A stretch of DNA of 62,919 nt, counting the filler. It is 5 parts of 5 records of this genome, joined end to end, with 100 filler letters (N's around TTAATTAATTAA, not from the genome) between each part and the next. Parts side by side here need not be neighbours in the genome. Positions count along the whole stretch, not along the records: positions 12,560 to 37,914 come from SRR2962707_3149; positions 38,015 to 50,834 come from SRR2962707_3151; 3 more parts are not named here. The stretch is one strand, 5' to 3'. This document shows positions 32,290-41,825 of this stretch, one piece after another. The position numbers and the translations under genes are program-made. Position 1 is the first letter of the stretch; the number at the start of each line of letters is the position of its first letter. The notes under the pieces are model-generated. The model made no database searches. It saw only the letters and a list, made by a program, of their open reading frames with translations, and had not been told where the DNA came from.

Positions 32290-33180
32290 TCAGATTTCGG
32301 AGAGCCGTTGGCGGATCATGGCCAGCAGGCTTTCGGCCGCGTCCGATAACGGCACGGCGCGCCGTGTGACGGCAACGACGGCGCGCGAGAGATCGACGTC
32401 CTCGAAGCTCAGGCCCACCAATTGGTGGGGCGCCTGATACATGGTCAAGCGCGGCAGGACGGTGATGGCGGTTCCGGCGGCGACAAGGTTCATGGCCGTG
32501 GCCGCGTTCTGAACCTCGAACCGCCAATCGAGTTGGCGGCTGACGTTGCCCAACGATTCCTCAATCAGCTGGCGGTTGGTCGATTGGGTGCGGATGCGAA
32601 CCAGCGGTTCGCCGAGCAGGTCTTCGCGCCGCACCGTCTTGCGCTCTGCCAGCTTGTGATGGCGGTTGACCAAAAGAACATAGGGCTCGGTGCACAGATA
32701 CTCGGTTTGCACATCCCAAGGAGTGGCGCCGGTGATGGTGATGCCGAACTCGGCCTCGCCGCGCTGCACGGTGCTGACGACCGCGGCAGCCGGCTGATCG
32801 AGCAGAATGATACTGAGGCCCTGATTGGCCTCGGAAAAGGTTCGCATCAGGCCGGCCAGATAATAGCCGGCGATGGTTGGAACCGATGCGAACACCACCT
32901 TGCGCATGGCCTCCCTGCCGCTGTCGCGCACGGCCCCGTAGAGTTCGGCCAGCGTTTCGAGCCGCCCGCGCACTTGCGGCAACAGGGCCTGACCGGCCAT
33001 TGTCAACGAAACCTCCCTCGATGTGCGAACGAGAAGCCGCGTCCCCAGATCCTCTTCGATCTTTCGGATGCGGTGGCTCAGCGCGGTCTGGGTGAGATTG
33101 AGCCGTTGGGCGGCGCGGGAAAAGCTGCCCAGTTCAGCCACCGCGACGAACGCCTCGAGCCCAAGATAATCTACGCGCAT
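32290..33180 (-). CDS. LysR family regulator
   Basis: GSFSRAAQRLNLTQTALSHRIRKIE HTH; GGAGG RBS. Confidence 0.92.
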   Translation of the reverse strand: MRVDYLGLEAFVAVAELGSFSRAAQRLNLTQTALSHRIRKIEEDLGTRLLVRTSREVSLTMAGQALLPQVRGRLETLAELYGAVRDSGREAMRKVVFASVPTIAGYYLAGLMRTFSEANQGLSIILLDQPAAAVVSTVQRGEAEFGITITGATPWDVQTEYLCTEPYVLLVNRHHKLAERKTVRREDLLGEPLVRIRTQSTNRQLIEESLGNVSRQLDWRFEVQNAATAMNLVAAGTAITVLPRLTMYQAPHQLVGLSFEDVDLSRAVVAVTRRAVPLSDAAESLLAMIRQRLSEI

Positions 33181-33302
33181 CGCCATCCCTCCCGATCCGG
33201 CGTGTTGTGCAGCTGTGCCCGCAAAACCGGCCATCTGCAAGCGCGAGAGCTTATACCAGGAAATTCGGTAGCGACAGTTTTTTGTTGACTCGCACAAGGA
33301 AT

Positions 33303-33318
33303 TTGTACAACTGTACAA
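33303..33318. promoter_or_regulatory. Operator palindrome upstream of the TetR-TAXI-TRAP-lactonase operon
   Basis: Perfect TTGTACA-AC-TGTACAA just downstream of a TTGACT -35-like hexamer (33285-33290). Confidence 0.7.
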
Positions 33319-33353
33319 GAAAGGCGTGTGAACGTCAGAACTGGGAGGTTCAT

Positions 33354-34019
33354 TTGTCTCGAGGCAATGTGCGCGAAGCGCTGTTGAGTGCTGCTGTCAC
33401 GCTGTTTTCATCGAACGGCTACAACGCAGTATCGCTGCGCGAGATCGCCAAGGCAGCCGGAGCCAATGTGGGAAGCCTGACCTATCATTTCGGGTCCAAG
33501 GCCGCGCTGGTGAGGGAAATCTATCAGCGCCATACCGAACCGATGAACAATCGGCGTATGGAATTGCTCGGCGAAGCCCGCCGCATCCACGACCCCGAGG
33601 AACGCCTTATGGCGATCCTTCGCGCCTATGTGCTGCCGGCCTTTTCTTCATCCTCGGATTTCGACGGCGGCGGGGTCGAGTTCACGCGCATGCGCGCTGT
33701 GCTATCAGCCGAAGGCAATGAGGACGCGCGCGCCATTATTGCCGGCGCCTTCGATACGACGAGCCGGGCTTTTCTCGACGCGATCGCCGATTGCCTGCCC
33801 GGTGCCGAGCGCGAAGGTCTGGTCTGGCGAAGCCATTTCCTGCTTGGGGCGCTCTATTACGCCCTGATCAATCCCGAACGTGTCACCCGCCTTTCAGACG
33901 GCGCGGTGGACGGAAACGACCGCAATACCGCGGTCAACCAGATCGTGGATGCCAGCTTTGCCAGCTTCCGCTCTCTGGACACGAGCGGCCGCGCCAAGCG
34001 GCCAGAACATGCGGCCTGA
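33354..34019 (+). CDS. TetR family regulator
   Basis: VSLREIAKAAGANVGSLTYHFGSK HTH; TTG start behind GGGAGG. Confidence 0.9.
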   Translation: MSRGNVREALLSAAVTLFSSNGYNAVSLREIAKAAGANVGSLTYHFGSKAALVREIYQRHTEPMNNRRMELLGEARRIHDPEERLMAILRAYVLPAFSSSSDFDGGGVEFTRMRAVLSAEGNEDARAIIAGAFDTTSRAFLDAIADCLPGAEREGLVWRSHFLLGALYYALINPERVTRLSDGAVDGNDRNTAVNQIVDASFASFRSLDTSGRAKRPEHAA

Positions 34020-34053
34020 CGGCCCATCATTCATCACTATGGGAGGTTCCACG

Positions 34054-34986
34054 ATGAACTTGAAACAACTGCTCGCCGGCGCGGGCCTGGCGATTGGCCT
34101 TCTGGCCACGCCGGCTGTGGCCCAGGAGCGCGTCTCCATCGGAACCGGCGGCACAGGCGGCCTGTTCTACATCATCGGTGCCGGTATGGCCGAAGTGCTC
34201 AACCAGCACATGGACAACGCCACGGCACGCGCCGAAGTGACCGGCGCTTCGGTTGAAAACATCCGCCGCGTCGCCGCCGACCAGATGACCTTCGGGTTCT
34301 CGTCGTCCTCGACGCTTTATGAAGCCAGCGTCGGCCAGGGCCCGTTCGAGGAAGCCCTGCCTGTTGCAGCGATGGCTTATCTCTACCCCGCCGTGCTGCA
34401 GATCGCGACCACCAGCGACACCGGCATCACCACCATGGAAGAGCTTTCGGGAAAGCGCATTAACCTCGGCCCTCCGGGTTCCAATTCTGCAGTTCTGGTC
34501 CAGCGCCTCATGGAAACCTATGGCGTTTTTGATCCGGCCAACGCCCAGTTCCTCTCCTATACCGAGGGCACGGCAGCGCTGATGAACGGTCAGGTGGACG
34601 CCACCGTGGTCCTGGCCGGCGCTCCCACCGCCGCGCTTATCGATCTGGGTGCGCAGCGCGACATGGTCCTGCTTTCGATCGATGCGGAAACCGTCGCGCC
34701 GATGCTGGCCGAATATCCGTTCTACCAGACCTACGAGATGCCCGCGGGCACCTATGACGGTCAGGATGAGCCGGTCATGGTGATCAACGATCCGGCAACG
34801 ATCTTTACCAGCCAGTTTGCAACCGACGATCAGGTCTATGCCATCACCAAGGCGCTGTTCGACAATCTCGATGAGTTGGCCCAGGTCCATCCCGAAGCGG
34901 CCAAAATCAAGGTCGAGACGGCCGTAAACACCCCCATCGGCCTGCATCAGGGCGCTCAGCTCTATTTCGACGAACAGGCCCAGTAA
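34054..34986 (+). CDS. TAXI-family TRAP solute-binding protein
   Basis: Signal peptide; IGTGGTGG, TGASVEN, GPPGS and LHQGA. Confidence 0.92.
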   Translation: MNLKQLLAGAGLAIGLLATPAVAQERVSIGTGGTGGLFYIIGAGMAEVLNQHMDNATARAEVTGASVENIRRVAADQMTFGFSSSSTLYEASVGQGPFEEALPVAAMAYLYPAVLQIATTSDTGITTMEELSGKRINLGPPGSNSAVLVQRLMETYGVFDPANAQFLSYTEGTAALMNGQVDATVVLAGAPTAALIDLGAQRDMVLLSIDAETVAPMLAEYPFYQTYEMPAGTYDGQDEPVMVINDPATIFTSQFATDDQVYAITKALFDNLDELAQVHPEAAKIKVETAVNTPIGLHQGAQLYFDEQAQ

Positions 34987-35001
34987 CGGAAAGCCTCGAT
35001 C

Positions 35002-36948
35002 ATGTCGTTCCTGTCCCAACTCTACAGCAAGATTGCGCTGCCCAACGAGCATGGAACCGAGAAGGAGGCGATCATCGCCTCCTTCCTCTACACCATCCTC
35101 GCCGTCGGCGTGACTGCCATCGTCATCTGGGGCGCCTATTTCGGGGGCATCACCGCTCTCGTTTTGCGCTCGATGTTTTATTCCATGGTGGCAATGGCGG
35201 GCCTCTTTGCCGTAAGTCTGGAGACACGGTTCGTCCCGACGCGTGTGATCTTCTATCTTTTGGCGATCATCGCCCTGGTGCCAGGGATCTATCTCTGGCA
35301 CTCCTATTTCGACATCGTCATGCGCGGCGCGCTGTCGACCCAGATCGACGAGTGGATGTTTATCGCGCTTGTCGTCATCACCCTCATTCTGGTGCGCAAG
35401 ACGCTCGGCTGGGCGCTGCTCATCCTTTCCGTCACGGCATTGCTCTATGCCTATTTCGGCTATCTCATCCCCGGCAAATACGGTCATGGCGGCTATGATC
35501 TTGCCCGTCTGGCATCGACATTGTTCCTGTCCACCGAAGGTTTTTACGGCGCGCCGATGGGCGTGGCGGTGGAATACATATTCCTCTTTGCCCTGCTCGG
35601 CACGCTGCTCATGCAGATCGGGACCGGCGAGGTGTTCGTTGACGTTGCCCGCGGCGTTACCGGCCGCATCCAGGGCGGGCCGGGGCTTTCGGCCGCGGTA
35701 TCGAGCACGTTGGTCGGGACGATCAACGGCAGCGCCGTCGCCAATGTGGTAACGACCGGCACCTTTACGATCCCGCTCATGAAACGTGTCGGCTATTCGG
35801 CCAAACTGGCCGGGGCCATTGAAGCCGCAGCGTCGTCGGCCGGGCAGATCCTGCCACCGGTCATGGGTGCCGCCGCCTTTCTGATGGCCGAGATCATCGG
35901 TGTTCCCTATTCGACAATTGCGCTTGCGGCGCTGGTGCCGGGGCTTCTCTATGTCCTGGCGCTGCTGATCGCCGTGCGGCTGGAAGCGGGCAAGCTCGAT
36001 CTGGCCCGCGACACCACGGGCGGGATGAAATTTCTCATCGAAACGCTCAGGACCCGCGGCTATCTGCTGCTGCCGCTCATCGGCATCATCGCGCTATTGT
36101 TCATGGGCATGACCCCGACGCGGGCCGCCGTTTACTGCATCGGCTTTGCCCTGCTGATCAGCCCGTGGCGCAAGGAGACGCGGATCGGGCTGACCGGGCT
36201 TCTGGTGGTTTGCCGCAACACACTTTTCGCAACCCTGCCCATCGTGGCGGCCGTTGCCGCGGCCGGCATCGTCATTGGCGTCCTCAACCTGACCGGCATG
36301 GGGCTGATGCTCTCGAGCCTGATCGTCGAAGTGGGCGCGGGCAATATCTGGGCGATCCTGCTGCTGACGGCCCTCGCCTCGTTTGTTCTGGGCATGGGCC
36401 TGCCGACTTCGGCGGCCTATCTGCTGCTGGCGGTTCTGGTGGCGCCGGCGCTGACGCGGCTTGGGCTGCCGCCAATCTCGGCGCATATGTTCATCTTCTA
36501 TTTCGGGCTGGTCTCGGCCATCACACCGCCGGTCGCGCTGGCCGCCTACGCAGCCGCCTCGATTTCGGGCGCCGGTGCCAATGAGACGGCAGTGGAATCG
36601 ATCCGGCTCGGTTTCGTCAAACTCCTCGTGCCGTTCCTTTTCGTCACCATGCCCGGCATCCTGATGATCGGTACGCCGCTGCAGATCGTGCTCGGCATAG
36701 TGTTTGCCGCCTTCTCGGTGATTTCCATAACCATAGCCTTTGCCGGCTGGATGGTTCGCCCCATCTCCTGGCTGGAACGGGGCGTGCTTGTGGCGGGCAC
36801 GTTGCTTGTGTGCTGGCCGACCCCGGTCGACGCGACCGATGCGGTAACGCTCGTCGCGCGGTTGGCGGGGCTGGGCATCATCGGGCTTTCGGTCTTCCGC
36901 ATGGTCACCGCGACGCCACGTCCCGCCATTGAAGTTCAACCCAACTAA
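35002..36948 (+). CDS. TRAP transporter fused 4TM/12TM permease
   Basis: GSAVANVVTTG, PPVMGAAAF, LGMGLPT and ITPPVALAA. Confidence 0.93.
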   Translation: MSFLSQLYSKIALPNEHGTEKEAIIASFLYTILAVGVTAIVIWGAYFGGITALVLRSMFYSMVAMAGLFAVSLETRFVPTRVIFYLLAIIALVPGIYLWHSYFDIVMRGALSTQIDEWMFIALVVITLILVRKTLGWALLILSVTALLYAYFGYLIPGKYGHGGYDLARLASTLFLSTEGFYGAPMGVAVEYIFLFALLGTLLMQIGTGEVFVDVARGVTGRIQGGPGLSAAVSSTLVGTINGSAVANVVTTGTFTIPLMKRVGYSAKLAGAIEAAASSAGQILPPVMGAAAFLMAEIIGVPYSTIALAALVPGLLYVLALLIAVRLEAGKLDLARDTTGGMKFLIETLRTRGYLLLPLIGIIALLFMGMTPTRAAVYCIGFALLISPWRKETRIGLTGLLVVCRNTLFATLPIVAAVAAAGIVIGVLNLTGMGLMLSSLIVEVGAGNIWAILLLTALASFVLGMGLPTSAAYLLLAVLVAPALTRLGLPPISAHMFIFYFGLVSAITPPVALAAYAAASISGAGANETAVESIRLGFVKLLVPFLFVTMPGILMIGTPLQIVLGIVFAAFSVISITIAFAGWMVRPISWLERGVLVAGTLLVCWPTPVDATDAVTLVARLAGLGIIGLSVFRMVTATPRPAIEVQPN

Positions 36949-36961
36949 GAGACACCTATTC

Positions 36962-37828
36962 ATGTCCTTGCCTCCCCATCCGTCTCCCAAGACGCCCGAT
37001 CTGGTTTTGCCGGACGGTGCGTGCGATGCCCATTGCCACGTTTTCGGCCCTGGAGAGGTGTTTCCCTATTCCAGTTCTGCCACCTATCGTCCCGAGGACG
37101 CCCCCAAGGAAAAGCTGTTTGCGCTCCACCGCCATCTTGGCCTTTCCCGCTCGGTGGTCGTGCAGGCCAGCTGCCATGGGACCGACAACAGGGCGATGGT
37201 CGATGCGCTGGAGGCCGGCAATGGCAATTACCGTGGCATTGCCATGGTGGAGCGCGATGTGACCGGGGCGGACCTTCAGGCCCTCCACGAAGCCGGAGTG
37301 CGCGGCGTGCGGTTCAATTTCGTTGCGCACCTAGGGGAGGCCGCCGACCAGGACGCTGTGCGTGAGATCGTTGCAAAGATCAAGCCGTTTGGTTGGCACA
37401 TCGTTGTCCATTTCGATTCCCATTGGCTCGAAGATCTGGCGCCCTTTCTCAAGAGCCTCGATATCGTCACGGTGATCGATCACATGGGCCGCATCGATGC
37501 CAGCGCCGGGGTCGGACAGCAGGCGTTCCAGCTGCTTTTGGAGCTGATGGAAGACGAGCGTTTCTGGGTCAAGGTTTGCGGCTCCGAGCGCCTGTCACGA
37601 TCCGGTCCGCCGTTCCATGACGCGGCCGAATATGGCCGGCTGCTGGTCGAAAAATTTCCCAATCGCGTGCTGTGGGGCACCGATTGGCCGCATCCCAATA
37701 TCAAGGCCAACATGCCCGATGACGGGGAGCTGGTCGATCTGCTCAAGGTCATCGCGCCAACGCCCGAGAGCGTGAAGCGGCTCGTGGTCGACAACCCGAC
37801 CCGGCTCTACTGGTCCGAGACACTCTGA
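36962..37828 (+). CDS. ligI: 2-pyrone-4,6-dicarboxylate lactonase-like amidohydrolase
   Basis: DAHCHVFGP, VQASCHGTDN, GVRFNF, IDHMGR, WGTDWPHPN, PDDG and NPTRLYW closely follow LigI; some substrate-pocket positions appear to differ. Confidence 0.75.
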   Translation: MSLPPHPSPKTPDLVLPDGACDAHCHVFGPGEVFPYSSSATYRPEDAPKEKLFALHRHLGLSRSVVVQASCHGTDNRAMVDALEAGNGNYRGIAMVERDVTGADLQALHEAGVRGVRFNFVAHLGEAADQDAVREIVAKIKPFGWHIVVHFDSHWLEDLAPFLKSLDIVTVIDHMGRIDASAGVGQQAFQLLLELMEDERFWVKVCGSERLSRSGPPFHDAAEYGRLLVEKFPNRVLWGTDWPHPNIKANMPDDGELVDLLKVIAPTPESVKRLVVDNPTRLYWSETL

Positions 37829-37835
37829 CCAAGAG

Positions 37836-37859
37836 GCCGTTCGGGGCCACCCGGACGGC
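37836..37859 (+). terminator. Hairpin after the lactonase gene
   Basis: GCCGTTCGGG-gcca-CCCGGACGGC; weak T tail. Confidence 0.5.
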
Positions 37860-37914
37860 TAGAGCCTTCCCGCTTTTCTTCGAGTCGCGAAAAGCCTCTA
37901 ACTCATTGTTTTGT
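37860..37914. repeat. Truncated copy of the RIME/BRU-RS-like repeat at the contig end
   Basis: TAGAGC...CTCTAActcaTTGTTTTGT matches the left half and spacer of the element at 18022-18121. Confidence 0.55.
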
Positions 37915-38014
37915 NNNNNNNNNNNNNNNNNNNNNNNNNNNNNNNNNNNNNNNNNNNNTTAATTAATTAANNNNNNNNNNNNNNNNNNNNNNNNNNNNNN
38001 NNNNNNNNNNNNNN
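37915..38014. other. Artificial contig spacer
   Basis: N44-TTAATTAATTAA-N44. Confidence 0.98.
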
Positions 38015-39784
38015 CTGCTGGGCGGGCGTGTTGTCCGTCATGTCCAGTTGCAGCAGTGTGTAGGGTGACAGCGCCTGGATCACAGAGTCATTGCTGAAAA
38101 CGTTCCGCTCCATAACCTTGCAGGAGATACACCAGTCGGCGTAGAAGTCCAGCATGACCGGGGTGCCGTTTCGTTTGGCCTGGGCCAGTTGATTGCGAAT
38201 ATCGGCGGGCGATTCCAGGCGGAGGAACTGGGCGTGGGCCATCTGGGAGGCAGAGCCACCCGCAACCGCCGGGTTGGCTGCCGTGAACGGCGCTAATGGC
38301 TTCATTGGATCATTGGCGCCAGACACCGCGCCGGCCAAGAGCGCAATACCGTAGGCAAACATCACCAGGCCGAGGCCTTTGCGAGTGCGCTCCCAGCCAG
38401 CCTTTGCGGCATCGAAGGCTCCGAGCTGCACGCCAGTCACGGCAATCAGTAACCCCCAGAGTGTCAGCGCCAGCCAGGCTGGTACCAGCCGTTCCACCAA
38501 CCAGATTGCAACCGCCAGCAGCATGACGCCGTAGAAGGCCTTAACCACGTTCATCCAGGGACCGGTGGAAGGCAACAGTTTGCGGCCACCCACCGCCACG
38601 AGTATCAGGGGAATGCCCATGCCGAGCCCAAGGGCGAACAGGGCAACGCCTCCAATGACGGCATCCTGGGTGGTACTGATGTAAAGCAGGCTGCCAGCAA
38701 GCGGTGCCGACACGCAGGGTGAAACGATCAGTGCTGACAGCGCGCCGATGCCGAAGATGCTGACCACGCGGCTGCCGGTCAGGCGATGGCTGGCATCGTT
38801 GAGCGGTTCCCGGATAAACCGGGGAAGCTGGATCTCAAACAGGTTGAACATGGAGAGGGCAAATACCACGAACAGTGCTGCGAAAACGCTCAACACCCAC
38901 GGCGACTGCAGGTGTGCCTGAAGGTTGAAACTGGCACCCAGTAACCCGGTAATCACACCCGCTGCGGCATAAGTCAGTGCCATACCCAGGACATAGCTGC
39001 CGGAAAGCAGCAGCGCGTGGGCGGTGGTACTGGTGTTGCGACTGGACACCAGTGAGGAAATGATTGGCACCATGGGTAGGACGCAGGGTGTAAAGGTCAG
39101 CCCCAGCCCAAGTAGCAGAAACAGGGCCGCGATGACCAGGACAGACTGGTTGGCCAAAAAGCCGGCGAGCCCGGTCGCCGAGGATGTATCCGTGGGTGCA
39201 TTTGTTGACGATGACTGGGCATTGCCTGATGACCCCGAAGAGCCGGACATGCCGGCAGGAACGGGGGCGTCGTTGCTTCCGGTGCTGGCTCCGGCGCTGG
39301 CGTAGTACAGCGCGTCACGGGTTTGCGGCGGGTAGCACAGGCCTGCCTTGGCACAGCCCTGGTAGGTAACCTGAAGCTCCGCCTCGCGGACGCCTTCCGG
39401 AAGATTGACCGGGACGCGTGCCTGAACCGGGTCGTAGAAGACCGTGACCTTGCCGAAGAACTCATCCTCCGTATCGGTACCGGTGTAGGAGAAATCAGGT
39501 TCACCCAGGGTGACGCCGTCTGTTTTGCTGCTTACCTGGATGCGGCCTTTATAGAGGTAGTGTTCAGGGGTGACGTCCCAGGACAGCACAATAGCGCCGG
39601 TATCGACGGTGTAATTGAACGGCAGGGCTTCGTCCACCGGCAGGAAATCGTTGCTGCCGCCGAACAGCGAATTGCCTGCCGCGGACGCGAACAGCGATAC
39701 GGCGGACAGTGCCAGAAACACTAAAAAGCGGCTCAGCACCCGATGGAGAGCACTACTGCGTGAGGCTGTGTTGTTGCCGGTCAT
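38015..39784 (-). CDS. dsbD: Thiol:disulfide interchange protein DsbD (3' truncated)
   Basis: YQGCAKAGLCYPP, FTPCVLPM, SPCVSAP and DFYADWCISCK. Confidence 0.96.
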
Positions 39785-39934
39785 AGTCAATGGATTACCG
39801 TAGCTGGTTCTGGAAATATCTGCGTGGTCTCAGTGTCTGTTGAAACCCTGCATCCCAAGGTTGCAATGGACTCATTTGTCAGGCAAAAGTTCCCTCTGGT
39901 ATTGAACGGTCTAAAGTCGCACAATAGCCGTCCC

Positions 39935-40513
39935 ATGAAACACGATCCTGATGATCTTATCATGCTGTTCAGTGACCTGTTCCGGGAGGATTACCGGACC
40001 GTTCTGGTCAAGGGCAGCGATGAGCCTGAATACCTGCCCGCAACGGCGTCTGGCAGTTACGCACAGATTATCTTTGCTCACGGTTATTATGCCAGTGCTC
40101 TGCATGAAATCAGTCATTGGTGTATCGCCGGTGAGCACCGGCGCACACTTCGGGACTTTGGCTACTGGTACTGTCCCGATGGCCGCGACGAGGCGCAGCA
40201 GCAAGCCTTTGAAAAGGCTGAAATCAAGCCGCAGGCCCTGGAATTGCTGTTCTCTGCCGCATCGGGCACACGTTTCCACATCAGCGTCGACAATCTCTCC
40301 GGTTGCGGGGCATGGGATGAGAACGCCTTTCGCAGGAATGTGCGGGCGCAGGCAGATTATTACCTTGAGCACGGCATGCCGGCCCGCGCGGGCCTGTTTT
40401 TCGAGATGCTCAAGACATTTTACGGAACCGGGGCTGATTTTAACGAAGTCTGGAAGAAAGAGACCAGGCGCCTGATGCCCGACGATTCCGCCACAGACAC
40501 TGAGGTAGATTGA
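39935..40513 (+). CDS. epmC: Elongation factor P hydroxylase (YfcM)
   Basis: EPEYLPA, FAHGYYASALHEISHWCIAG, DFGYWYCPDGR and EIKPQALE. Confidence 0.92.
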   Translation: MKHDPDDLIMLFSDLFREDYRTVLVKGSDEPEYLPATASGSYAQIIFAHGYYASALHEISHWCIAGEHRRTLRDFGYWYCPDGRDEAQQQAFEKAEIKPQALELLFSAASGTRFHISVDNLSGCGAWDENAFRRNVRAQADYYLEHGMPARAGLFFEMLKTFYGTGADFNEVWKKETRRLMPDDSATDTEVD

Positions 40514-40519
40514 AGCAAC

Positions 40520-41806
40520 ATGACATCTGACGCACCCGAAGCCGGCAAAACCTTCTTCAAGGATCTCAACCTTGACCAGCGAGTGCTCGATGCCATCACC
40601 GATATCGGTTTTGAGCATTGCACACCCATCCAGGCAGAGACTCTTCCGTTCACCCTGGCGTGCCAGGACCTGATCGGCCAGGCTCAAACTGGCACCGGTA
40701 AAACCGCCGCATTCCTGATCACTGCTATCCAGAGCATGCTGGAAACGCCGATTCCGAAAGAGGACCGGTTCGCCTCGGAACCCCGGGTTCTGGCCCTGGC
40801 GCCAACCCGTGAACTGGCCATGCAGATCGCCAAGGACGCCGAGCAACTATGCGGCTACACGGGCCATAATGTGGTCACCGTGGTGGGTGGTATGAACTAC
40901 GATAAACAGCGCGATCAGCTCCAGAACGAGATCGTTGACATACTGGTGGCAACCCCGGGCCGGCTGATTGATTTCCTGGGCTCTCAGGACGTTTTTCTCG
41001 ACCAGCTCGACATCCTGATCCTGGATGAAGCGGATCGGATGCTGGACATGGGCTTTATTCCTGATGTGAAGCGCATTATCCGCAAGTGCACGCCAAAGGA
41101 AGAGCGTCAGACCTTGCTGTTCAGCGCCACCTTTAACCAGGACGTCCTCAACCTCGCCTCGATGTGGACCAAAAGTGCGGAATTCGTCGAGATCGAACCG
41201 GAACAGAAGACCGCCGAGCGAGTTAAGCAGACTGTCTACCTGGTGGGCGAGGATGAAAAACTGCCGGTACTGGTCAACTATCTTCAGCGCCCCGAGGTGG
41301 AAAAAGCCATCGTCTTTGCGAACCGTCGTGACCAGTGTCGTGACCTGGATGAGGACCTTCGCAACCAGGGCGTAAAGGTCGCGCTGATGTCAGGGGAAAT
41401 CGCCCAGAACAAGCGGCTGAAGACATTGGAACAGTTCAAGAATGGCAGCATTCAGGTGCTGGTTGCCACGGATGTCGCCGGTCGTGGTATCCACGTTGAC
41501 GGTGTAACCCACGTATTCAACTATAATCTGCCGGACAACGCTGAGGATTACGTTCACCGTATCGGACGCACCGGTCGGGCAGGGAAGCACGGTGTCTCTG
41601 TCAGCTTTGCCAGTGAGGACGATGCCTTTTCACTGCCGGCTATCGAGTCCTACATCAGCCAGAAACTGACCACGGCGGTGCCGGATGAAGCGCTGATGAC
41701 CGAACTCGCCAAACCGCCAATCACTCGCAAGCGTGGTGGCCGGCGTCCCCAGGGCAACCGCAGCCAGGGTGGACGTGGCGGAAACCAGCGTCAACGCAGG
41801 AACTAA
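40520..41806 (+). CDS. rhlB: ATP-dependent DEAD-box RNA helicase RhlB
   Basis: AQTGTGKT, PTRELA, DEADRMLDMGF, SAT and HRIGRTGRAG; Arg/Gly-rich tail. Confidence 0.9.
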   Translation: MTSDAPEAGKTFFKDLNLDQRVLDAITDIGFEHCTPIQAETLPFTLACQDLIGQAQTGTGKTAAFLITAIQSMLETPIPKEDRFASEPRVLALAPTRELAMQIAKDAEQLCGYTGHNVVTVVGGMNYDKQRDQLQNEIVDILVATPGRLIDFLGSQDVFLDQLDILILDEADRMLDMGFIPDVKRIIRKCTPKEERQTLLFSATFNQDVLNLASMWTKSAEFVEIEPEQKTAERVKQTVYLVGEDEKLPVLVNYLQRPEVEKAIVFANRRDQCRDLDEDLRNQGVKVALMSGEIAQNKRLKTLEQFKNGSIQVLVATDVAGRGIHVDGVTHVFNYNLPDNAEDYVHRIGRTGRAGKHGVSVSFASEDDAFSLPAIESYISQKLTTAVPDEALMTELAKPPITRKRGGRRPQGNRSQGGRGGNQRQRRN

Positions 41807-41825
41807 CAGGTTGGGAAGCAGGATC

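Noticed and set aside
15289-37828. Claim that the aromatic cluster degrades sulfonated aromatics because cysPTWA is adjacent
   Set aside because: Adjacency only. No desulfonating oxygenase or sulfite exporter is present, and the lactonase resembles LigI more than 4-sulfomuconolactone hydrolase. Kept only as one substrate option.
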